Shown piece by piece: positions 25,123 through 31,825 of a DNA stretch of 34,094 nucleotides. This DNA comes from a virus: the IMG/VR virus record IMGVR_UViG_3300025855_000003, one strand, 5' to 3'. Under the pieces are notes generated by a model. It was not told the origin of the DNA. It searched no databases and worked only from the letters and a program-made list of their open reading frames with translations. A program made the translations under genes and the position numbers. Every line of letters starts with the position of its first letter. The first letter of the stretch is position 1.

Positions 25123-26164
25123 TTTCAAAAACCTCCTTTACCCTTTTGATCATTGCTTTAAAATCAAACATTGTTTTCTCTTCCTCAAAAGCTCTTTGAT
25201 ACAAACATTGATTTAATTTGAGGGCTAAATCTTTATGATTGTTGAAGCTGGCAAAATATATGTTCTTCGCACCTGAAAAATTAGCAATCTCTCTCATAGT
25301 CGGATAGTTATAACAAACAACTGGTGTACCACAGGCAATTGCTTCCGCCATCCAAATGCCAAATCCTTCAAAGATTGCTCCGTTGATCATGACTGAGGCA
25401 CCTCTTATAAGTTCGAACTTTTCTTTTTCAGTGGCATTAAAATAAAAATCTGTCTGCTTATCCATTCGATAAGCCCGAACAATTTTCTTATAATCTATCT
25501 CCGATATAGAAGTGATAACTTTTAATCTTAAATTATTTTGTCTGCACGCCCATACAACGTGATCAAACTTTTTATTATGCACAAGCCTGGAAACAAAAAC
25601 TGCATAATTGTTTCTGTCTGGCTTCTTTGATTTTTTCTTAGCTTCAGAGTTTATGCTTGGATAAATTGGGAGCAATTGATCATCTGTTTTATTAAGCCAA
25701 TTATAGATGTATGGATGAGTTGCGTGGCACAAAGTGATTATTTTTACAGCAGGTTCTTTTAAAAGATTGGTTAGCTCAAGCCATCCACGAAAAGTTTTTT
25801 TCTTTAAGAATTTATAGATCATTGGTAAAGGATCAAAAAGTATTGGAAAGGCTTGTTTTTTGTACTTTAAAGCGTTTTTAATGGCACAAACATCACCATA
25901 AATTGGTGATCCAATATAAACATCAGCTTTGATTTTTAGAAAAGAAAGTTCTTTTTGAGTACAATCATGGACCACAAGTTTTGGCTTCTTATATGCTGAG
26001 AAGTAATTAAAAAATGTTGGCTCTGCGTTGGTGTGAATTGTTACATCGAAACCAGCTTCTTTTAAAGCAACTGCAATCATCCAAGAATAATATCTACCAC
26101 CGGTTAAATGGTTGTTATTCTCCGTTATTACAACAAATTTTTTCTTTTTATTGCTCGTTTTCAT
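25115..26164 (-). CDS. GT-B fold glycosyltransferase (GT4/GT1-like)
   Basis: It carries the E-x7-E motif in context: GASVMINGAIFEGFGIWMAEAIACGTPVV. The start is taken at MKTSNKKKKFVV (26164); the 7 upstream codons in the track read through the hairpin. Confidence 0.8.
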   Translation of the reverse strand: MKTSNKKKKFVVITENNNHLTGGRYYSWMIAVALKEAGFDVTIHTNAEPTFFNYFSAYKKPKLVVHDCTQKELSFLKIKADVYIGSPIYGDVCAIKNALKYKKQAFPILFDPLPMIYKFLKKKTFRGWLELTNLLKEPAVKIITLCHATHPYIYNWLNKTDDQLLPIYPSINSEAKKKSKKPDRNNYAVFVSRLVHNKKFDHVVWACRQNNLRLKVITSISEIDYKKIVRAYRMDKQTDFYFNATEKEKFELIRGASVMINGAIFEGFGIWMAEAIACGTPVVCYNYPTMREIANFSGAKNIYFASFNNHKDLALKLNQCLYQRAFEEEKTMFDFKAMIKRVKEVFENV

Positions 26165-26224
26165 AAAAAAAGCGACCACTCTCAAGTAAATGAGAAATGG
26201 TCGCCTAACTTCAATTAGTTACGA
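26165..26224 (-). terminator. CGTAAC box + hairpin + U-tract element, copy F (variant stem), directly abutting the GT-B ATG
   Basis: Minus strand reads tcgtaactaattgaagttag GCGACCAtttctcatttacttgagagTGGTCGC ttttttt ATG. The box begins right after the stop of the 55-aa ORF. Confidence 0.7.
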
Positions 26225-26392
26225 CTATTCCGGAAAAGTAGTGATGTGGCCCATCACGCTTTTTCCCTTTAAATTAATTTCTAGTTTAACACGATCATAA
26301 GATAAAATGAATGGAGCATACTTTTTGATCCAATCAATGAGATCAATCATTCTCTTTTCCACATCGAACTGATTATTTAATTTTTCATTCAT
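26225..26392 (-). CDS. Hypothetical 55-aa protein
   Basis: Start taken at MNEKLNNQF, in an ATGA overlap with the upstream gene's stop. Confidence 0.5.
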   Translation of the reverse strand: MNEKLNNQFDVEKRMIDLIDWIKKYAPFILSYDRVKLEINLKGKSVMGHITTFPE

Positions 26393-26706
26393 TTTTCTTC
26401 TAAAACTCCCTTTACTGCTTCCCAAAGAGCATCGCAAAGCTCTTTACAAATATATTTAACTTCTATCCTTTTTGGATGATTTAATACCCACTCATCAGTT
26501 ATAAAACTTTTAACAATACAAGCATTTCTTTTATTCTGCTCATCCAAAAATTCAATCATCTCTCCGATATTAAGCAAAGCTGTTTGATAATACTTTTCTG
26601 GCCAGTCCAAAGACGAAGATATGTTTATACCTAAATACTTGTGGAGTTTTTCTTTGGCTTTCGGTGATAGCTCGTCAAGTTGCTGTTTAGTGATGTTTTG
26701 TTTCAT
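26389..26706 (-). CDS. Hypothetical protein, 105 aa
   Basis: Clean ORF with a 4-nt overlap with the upstream gene. Confidence 0.6.
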   Translation of the reverse strand: MKQNITKQQLDELSPKAKEKLHKYLGINISSSLDWPEKYYQTALLNIGEMIEFLDEQNKRNACIVKSFITDEWVLNHPKRIEVKYICKELCDALWEAVKGVLEEK

Positions 26707-27041
26707 AACAAGTCCTTAATTGATAGAAATTCCCTCTTCATATGAAAGTCTTGATATTTGAATTTTTTCCAAAAAATAAATTTGTGCCACCATCTTGGAA
26801 CTAAACAATCAACTTTATGATCTAGAGAAATTGAGTAAATTGGAACTATCTCGCTTATCTTTTTTGATCCCTTGAGTTTTCTCTTATCTATATTTATTTT
26901 GAAATTTGCAGTTAAATCTTTTTTTCTTAGTTTAATAAATTCTTCTTTTTTGAAAACATAAGTAGGTCTTAGAAGACTAAATGCACTATCTAAAAAATTG
27001 TTTAGTGATGTTTTAAAATCTTTTTCTGCTGGATTTGACAT
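26703..27041 (-). CDS. Hypothetical basic protein, 112 aa
   Basis: Clean ORF, tightly packed against its neighbours. Confidence 0.6.
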   Translation of the reverse strand: MSNPAEKDFKTSLNNFLDSAFSLLRPTYVFKKEEFIKLRKKDLTANFKINIDKRKLKGSKKISEIVPIYSISLDHKVDCLVPRWWHKFIFWKKFKYQDFHMKREFLSIKDLL

Positions 27042-27042
27042 T

Positions 27043-27393
27043 CTATTTTCCTTTTAGCAAAAAATGCTTAGTTCTTCTGTATAAGTGAACTATTGGCAAA
27101 ATCATTTTTTCTAATAAATTGTTTTTTATTTTGCCACAATAAGCACAACCTAAAGTAGAATCACCAAATGTACCATGCTTTAGACATTCCCAAGACGGAT
27201 ATTTTTCAGCTTTACAGAGTTCATAGTTAATTTTTGGATTATAGAATGATACTACTGGGTTGATCTGGAAAAACTTTGGTATTGACAAGTCTTTTTTTTC
27301 ACCATCGATAATGCAATATCGTTCTACTAAAAAACCTTTCTTGTTATACTTATCTGTTATTTCTATAAAGCTATCATTTGTCAGTTTTGACAT
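27043..27393 (-). CDS. Hypothetical Cys-rich protein, 116 aa (possible Zn-binding)
   Basis: Contains ELCKAEKYPSWECLKHGTFGDSTLGCAYCGK. Confidence 0.6.
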   Translation of the reverse strand: MSKLTNDSFIEITDKYNKKGFLVERYCIIDGEKKDLSIPKFFQINPVVSFYNPKINYELCKAEKYPSWECLKHGTFGDSTLGCAYCGKIKNNLLEKMILPIVHLYRRTKHFLLKGK

Positions 27394-27411
27394 AGTGTTT
27401 TATTTAGTCAT

Positions 27412-27549
27412 CTACCAACATCTTCCTGGCATTGTATAGTTTATATTTTTAAGCACTTCACAATCAGCAAACCACCACAACCAAATTCCAATAGCAAAAA
27501 GTGTTACAAATATTAAAAAATAAATTGTTAATATCATTAATTCTTTCAT
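27412..27549 (-). CDS. 45-aa single-TM micro-protein (not in the ORF track)
   Basis: Translates as MKELMILTIYFLIFVTLFAIGIWLWWFADCEVLKNINYTMPGRCW. SD gaaagg lies 6 nt upstream, and the ORF fills an otherwise empty gap. Confidence 0.45.
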   Translation of the reverse strand: MKELMILTIYFLIFVTLFAIGIWLWWFADCEVLKNINYTMPGRCW

Positions 27550-27562
27550 ATCTACCTTTCTT

Positions 27563-27811
27563 TTATTTAGTTAGTAAGTCAGGATGTTTTTCTTCTAGCC
27601 ATTTACCAAGTTTAACAATTCTAATTGCTACATCTTTTTCAAAACTATCTTTTAATTTTTTTCTAGTGTCGTCATCAATAGCACCATAAAGGTCTGACAT
27701 AAGTCTTGTAGGAATATCAAGTGATTTAGTTCTTTCAAATCTTCCAACAAACCAACCAATAATCATCCAAACACTAAGTGCTTGTCTTGGTGTAAATTTA
27801 ATTTCTCTCAT
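27563..27811 (-). CDS. Hypothetical protein, 82 aa
   Basis: Clean ORF in the backbone orientation. The competing plus-strand ORF 27501..27689 looks like an antisense artefact. Confidence 0.55.
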   Translation of the reverse strand: MREIKFTPRQALSVWMIIGWFVGRFERTKSLDIPTRLMSDLYGAIDDDTRKKLKDSFEKDVAIRIVKLGKWLEEKHPDLLTK

Positions 27812-27836
27812 TCTTTCCTTTCTAACTTCTAAAACC

Positions 27837-28439
27837 CTATATTTTTATTGCTATTTTTTTCATTTGTTTTTCCTTAGCAAAAATCAAATTTGCTCCCAAT
27901 CTTTTAACTTCTTTGTACTCAGGCCAAGCACTGAGATATTGCTTAATTTCTTTATCTCTCTGGACCCCTAATGTATTAAATTCAATAATCATTATTTCTG
28001 GTGAATGCTTTCTTATGTCAAAAGACTTTAAAACGTTTATTTCGGCTCCTTCAACATCAATGCTCAGAATATCTATCTTGCCAATGCTTTGTGCTTTTAA
28101 AACTCTCTCAAGGGTTTTAGTTTCAATCCGAATCGAATTGTCTTCGTTGGTTTTACAAATCCTGCTTAAATCCAGCTTTTCTTGTTTAAAATAAACCGGA
28201 GTAGTGTCATAAATCACTGCTTTAACAACGTTTTTTCTTTCTTCTTTGAGTTTTTCGATTTGTCTAGAATCAGCATCTATACAAAGAACGTTCCAACCAA
28301 GTTTTTCAAAAAAATAAGAATTAGAAAGATGTTTTGGATCACCAGCTCCAACATCAACAAAGACACCATCTGTTTTCTGAGTAAAATTTTTGTAAATCCA
28401 GCGATCCTCGCCAAATTGTGAATAAAATGTTTTTTCCAT
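27837..28439 (-). CDS. FkbM-family SAM-dependent methyltransferase
   Basis: GVFVDVGAGDPKHLSNSYFFEKLGWNVLCIDAD is the SAM-binding motif I region, and IDILSIDVEGAEINVLKSF is characteristic of the FkbM / Methyltransf_21 family. Confidence 0.8.
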   Translation of the reverse strand: MEKTFYSQFGEDRWIYKNFTQKTDGVFVDVGAGDPKHLSNSYFFEKLGWNVLCIDADSRQIEKLKEERKNVVKAVIYDTTPVYFKQEKLDLSRICKTNEDNSIRIETKTLERVLKAQSIGKIDILSIDVEGAEINVLKSFDIRKHSPEIMIIEFNTLGVQRDKEIKQYLSAWPEYKEVKRLGANLIFAKEKQMKKIAIKI

Positions 28440-28440
28440 A

Positions 28441-28527
28441 TTAGTCTTTAAAAAGTTTGAATAGCAATATAGTTGTAATTATTGTTATTACGCCAGACAT
28501 TATGTCTGTAACCATTTTTTCAGTCAT
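28441..28527 (-). CDS. 28-aa hydrophobic micro-ORF (not in the ORF track)
   Basis: Translates as MTEKMVTDIMSGVITIITTILLFKLFKD. It has a strong SD (gaggagaaataacaatATG), an ATGA overlap with the upstream stop, and a stop 1 nt before the FkbM ATG. Confidence 0.4.
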   Translation of the reverse strand: MTEKMVTDIMSGVITIITTILLFKLFKD

Positions 28528-28712
28528 ATTGTTATTTCTCCTCGATTTTTTCTTTTTTTCCAGTATTTAAGGTGATTTGGTTGGTGAGCAATGCTTCTCT
28601 CAGCATGATTGGTTTTGTTGCAACTAACCTCTTCAGAAGGGAAAGAGTAAATTTTTGGGTTTTCACTTTCCCTTTTTAGTTCTTCTGGGCAAAAAGAAAG
28701 TCTTTCAGACAT
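28524..28712 (-). CDS. Hypothetical protein, 62 aa
   Basis: Clean ORF, tightly packed. Confidence 0.5.
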   Translation of the reverse strand: MSERLSFCPEELKRESENPKIYSFPSEEVSCNKTNHAERSIAHQPNHLKYWKKRKNRGEITI

Positions 28713-28714
28713 TT

Positions 28715-29056
28715 TTAATTTTTAGCCTCCTCAACTAAGTCATCCAACTTGATATTTGCAAACTCTAGTAGTTTTTCTGGAATTGTTTGGACCTGTTCGT
28801 TATTTACCACTTTTGGAATACCATAAATTGCCACCAACTCTTTGGTTGAGGGAATAAATGTTATGAGTAAAGCTCCAGCAATTATTGATACAACAAACCA
28901 TTTGCTATATTTTTTCGCAGGTTTCCAGTTTTCAGTAATACCTCCAAAAAAGAGAAGTGTGAGAAAACCAGAAAATCCTAGCGTTAGTAATCCAATTCCA
29001 ATTACGTCTGTTATCTTTGGCAAAGTGATTAACCAATAAATTTGTGTTTCTGACAT
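28715..29056 (-). CDS. Polytopic membrane protein, 113 aa
   Basis: Three hydrophobic helices followed by an acidic C-terminal tail. Confidence 0.6.
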   Translation of the reverse strand: MSETQIYWLITLPKITDVIGIGLLTLGFSGFLTLLFFGGITENWKPAKKYSKWFVVSIIAGALLITFIPSTKELVAIYGIPKVVNNEQVQTIPEKLLEFANIKLDDLVEEAKN

Positions 29057-29119
29057 AAAACCTTTCTTTTAATAAGTTTCTAATCTCTGCCTATTGGTGT
29101 TATAAGCAGAGTCAAAAGC

Positions 29120-29638
29120 CTATTCGTTTTCTGATTCTCGCTTTTTAATTTCAGCTAATTCTTTAATAGCCATTACGCCAAGCTCTTCTTTGAATTTCTC
29201 AAAACAAAGCTCAGTTAAACGAGTTTCGCCTTTTTCAGTGGGAGCGAGGTCTTGATCTATCCATCCAAGCTGGTACATGGCTCTAGTTGGCTTATTCAGC
29301 AATTTTTTAATGTTTTTTGGTATGTCGGTTAAAAATGACATAGCTCCTTTCTTTTTATTTTTTAATTCTTTGTTGTATCGGATTAGACTCCCATATTTTT
29401 CAGTCCAGCGTTTGGAATAAAATCTGGCATTGAACTTCTTTGAAAAAAGGAAATCATTAAGAGGAAAAACATCAGCTTTGCGTATATATCTACCTTTGGT
29501 ATCGACAAACGTATCTGGTGAAAGAGTGCTAAGATCTGAAACTTCAACTATTTCACCACATATTAATGATGGGGATTGATTGTAATCTGGAACAATAACC
29601 ATGTATTTTTCTCCAGGTTTAAAATTTTCAACTAACAT
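29120..29638 (-). CDS. Hypothetical protein (172 aa from the ATG at 29638)
   Basis: The ATG is preceded by gaaagg. The tracked start at 29704 is a TTG that overlaps the upstream stop. Confidence 0.55.
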   Translation of the reverse strand: MLVENFKPGEKYMVIVPDYNQSPSLICGEIVEVSDLSTLSPDTFVDTKGRYIRKADVFPLNDFLFSKKFNARFYSKRWTEKYGSLIRYNKELKNKKKGAMSFLTDIPKNIKKLLNKPTRAMYQLGWIDQDLAPTEKGETRLTELCFEKFKEELGVMAIKELAEIKKRESENE

Positions 29639-29700
29639 ATTTTTGCCTTTCTTTTTTAATTGCTTATCTTTGCCTATTAGCAAGTAGGCAAAGTAAATAA

Positions 29701-30030
29701 TCAAAGCTGTAATCTTTTCTCAATTTCTTTCATCAAATCAATAGAATTTTGAATAGAAGTTTTAATTCTCATGATTTGGTAAAAAATCTTTTTAGAATTA
29801 GCGACCGGTTCTGAATCACTGACAGGAAAGCCATGTAGAGAGTTTTCTGAGCAGGCTTCCGATTTGTCATCCATCACATCTCTAAGCCTAGAATAAAGAG
29901 AATCTACTCTTGCTTGGCAAAACATGGCTAGTTTTGCTAAATCTTCAAGTTCAGCTGGGATTGGTTTTAAACCAACAACTCCCTTTACTGCTCGATCTGG
30001 ATATAATTCTTGGTCATTGTCTTCGTGCAT
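29701..30030 (-). CDS. Hypothetical acidic protein, 109 aa
   Basis: Clean ORF. Confidence 0.55.
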   Translation of the reverse strand: MHEDNDQELYPDRAVKGVVGLKPIPAELEDLAKLAMFCQARVDSLYSRLRDVMDDKSEACSENSLHGFPVSDSEPVANSKKIFYQIMRIKTSIQNSIDLMKEIEKRLQL

Positions 30031-30065
30031 AATTTTTCCTTTCCGGCTTTCGCCTGTTTTTTAAT

Positions 30066-30206
30066 TTATCCACAAGAAACACAAAAAACTTTTAATGCTT
30101 CTAAAATATGGAAATTCCTAAATACAGAAGTGATCATCATTGTTGCAAACACAACAGATGTTAGAAAAATAAGCATTTTATAAAATTGATAGTTTTGATC
30201 TTCCAT
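30066..30206 (-). CDS. 46-aa single-TM micro-protein (not in the ORF track)
   Basis: Translates as MEDQNYQFYKMLIFLTSVVFATMMITSVFRNFHILEALKVFCVSCG. It starts 2 nt after the stop of the 43-aa ORF. Confidence 0.4.
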   Translation of the reverse strand: MEDQNYQFYKMLIFLTSVVFATMMITSVFRNFHILEALKVFCVSCG

Positions 30207-30208
30207 AG

Positions 30209-30340
30209 TTATTCTTTTTTCAATTTAATTTTTAATTCTTTTATCGGTCTGATTTTTGCCTTGTTCTGAGCTGTTGTGCTAACTGAACAGTATGGGCAAA
30301 GACATTTTCCGTTTTTGTGAAAATAGCCATGATTCACCAT
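30209..30340 (-). CDS. 43-aa Cys-containing micro-protein (not in the ORF track)
   Basis: Translates as MVNHGYFHKNGKCLCPYCSVSTTAQNKAKIRPIKELKIKLKKE. It has a strong SD (ggaaggagaaaacaaataATG), and its start overlaps the upstream TAA by 1 nt. Confidence 0.45.
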   Translation of the reverse strand: MVNHGYFHKNGKCLCPYCSVSTTAQNKAKIRPIKELKIKLKKE

Positions 30341-30690
30341 TATTTGTTTTCTCCTTCCAGTTTTTTAGCTCTCTCAGCTCTGTGCTTTTGATTTCCTCTC
30401 AAAATACCCAAAGTTTTTACTCTGATGCGAAAATGTCTCATATTTTCGATATTGACCATCTTTTTGTCTTTATCAGAGAGTTGAAAGAAAATGTTAGCTG
30501 TTGCAATGTTGTAGGCTTCTTTGACCTTTCGGGCCTCTATCGCTTGCATACGGAAACTAGCTTTTCCCTTGAGTGTTATTTTTTGTTGGATCAAAAATCT
30601 TGGCATTTTTTCTTTCTTTGTTATTCTTTTAATTTTTGCTAGTTTTTTAAGAGGTCTAGCAACTCCGTTCAGGTTGTCTATCAGCTTCAA
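30340..30690 (-). CDS. Highly basic small protein (nucleic-acid-binding candidate)
   Basis: 116 aa from a TTG start, or 88 aa from the ATG at 30606 (MPRFLIQQK...). It is Lys/Arg-rich throughout. The overlapping plus-strand ORF 30292..30642 is rejected as an antisense artefact. Confidence 0.5.
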   Translation of the reverse strand: MKLIDNLNGVARPLKKLAKIKRITKKEKMPRFLIQQKITLKGKASFRMQAIEARKVKEAYNIATANIFFQLSDKDKKMVNIENMRHFRIRVKTLGILRGNQKHRAERAKKLEGENK

Positions 30691-30741
30691 CCCGATTGGC
30701 TATTTAGATCCCCTGCTTCTGCCAAGCAGAGAAGAAAATAA

Positions 30742-30996
30742 CTACTTTTTTACTTTTGGCGTTAATACAAACATGACACTTTCTCTGTCTGCTTCTGCTC
30801 TCATGTAGCCACCACGACACTCATAAACATTTGCACCAAAAACCTCATCATGCTCTCCAACAAAAGTTCCTCTTTTAATAACAGTGTGAATATCGTCATC
30901 TGGTGTAATCATTTTTAGAGCTTCTTTTTCATTTTCTGTTTCAGGAGTAAACATTATTTGTTTAACTCCATCTGCTAATAAAATTGCTGTTTTCAT
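30742..30996 (-). CDS. Hypothetical protein, 84 aa
   Basis: Clean ORF. Confidence 0.55.
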   Translation of the reverse strand: MKTAILLADGVKQIMFTPETENEKEALKMITPDDDIHTVIKRGTFVGEHDEVFGANVYECRGGYMRAEADRESVMFVLTPKVKK

Positions 30997-31001
30997 TTTT
31001 T

Positions 31002-31346
31002 TTAGACCTTCACTAAAGTAATTTTGTATTTACAGTTTTTTCCGTATTTATCTTTAAAGAGATCCCATTTCATTTTCCAAATGTTTGTCTCAAAACCCTT
31101 TACCTCAATAAACTCAGTAATTCCACCATCAAGTTCGACCATAAAATCAATGTAGTAATTGCAAATAAAGCCACCATTTTCACCCCGAAGTTCAATTTTG
31201 TGCTGAGGTTTCCAAGACTTTATCTCTCCATTTTTGAGTTTTTGATCTAAATACATCGCATAAGAGGCTTCTGCTCTAGAATGATAAGATCTGCCCTGAT
31301 AGGTTTGTTTTGTTGCGTTGGTGTTGTAGCGATTAAAATTTGCCAT
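31002..31346 (-). CDS. DUF1064-like PD-(D/E)xK nuclease (Holliday-junction-resolvase-like)
   Basis: The pattern YHSRAEASYAMYLD ... YYIDFMVEL ... FIEVKG ... KMKWDLFKDKYG matches the F-x-S-x-x-E ... D-F ... E-x-K-G ... K layout I recall for DUF1064. The ATG at 31346 is preferred over the tracked TTG. Confidence 0.65.
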   Translation of the reverse strand: MANFNRYNTNATKQTYQGRSYHSRAEASYAMYLDQKLKNGEIKSWKPQHKIELRGENGGFICNYYIDFMVELDGGITEFIEVKGFETNIWKMKWDLFKDKYGKNCKYKITLVKV

Positions 31347-31459
31347 ATTTTTTGTGAGAAAGGCCGGTGTTGAACCTGGCAAGTTCCGCAGTGTCCAAAG
31401 AGAGGCACCGCAGATGTTTTTCCTCTTAAACTACTTTCTCTTTTTAATTTGCCTGTCTT

Positions 31460-31825
31460 CTACAAAAGAGCATTTTGAACAGTTTCTTTAAAAGCTGTTG
31501 TCGTTCCTGGTTTTGGACCTTCACCTCTTAAAAATGCTCCCATTTCACCCCAAGTTTTCATTACTTGAGGATCAATGACTTCTGGTTTTTTAGGCCCGTG
31601 ATTGGTGAAGGATTTGAGAACAAAGTGTCCAGGAGTAACATTAATTATTTTGTGGCCAAGCTCTCTGAGTTCTTTAATTCTGGCGTTGTATTGGGCTATT
31701 CCAAGACCATTGGGTCTAGGAGCCATAATTTCATAGACCATAACGCCTTCATCGCCTCTCTCTTGCAAGAGTGTTAAGATTCTTTCTTTTTGACTTAAAT
31801 CAAATAAGCTAGGATTTATTTTCAT
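31460..31825 (-). CDS. Winged-helix DNA-binding protein (replication-associated)
   Basis: 121 aa containing KERILTLLQERGDEGVMVYEI...GIAQYNARIKELRELGHKI. It is linked to the replisome-organizer gene by an ATGA overlap. Confidence 0.5.
   Translation of the reverse strand: MKINPSLFDLSQKERILTLLQERGDEGVMVYEIMAPRPNGLGIAQYNARIKELRELGHKIINVTPGHFVLKSFTNHGPKKPEVIDPQVMKTWGEMGAFLRGEGPKPGTTTAFKETVQNALL

Noticed and set aside
4686-26224. The repeated GGGCGGTCTTAgaaaTAAGACCGC hairpins as a CRISPR array or MITE-like transposon copies
   Set aside because: The copies are kilobases apart rather than separated by regular ~30-nt spacers. They always have the same orientation relative to transcription. They are followed by U-tracts and lack target-site duplications or terminal inverted repeats beyond the stem.
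24280-28439. The GT/GT/methyltransferase set as a DNA hypermodification pathway
   Set aside because: There is no dNMP hydroxymethylase, dCTPase/dUTPase, kinase or DNA-glycosylase-type gene to supply a modified base for sugars to attach to.
29085-29111. The hairpin ctctgc-N15-gcagag upstream of 28715..29056 as a terminator
   Set aside because: It has only a 6-bp stem with a 15-nt loop and no U-tract on either strand.
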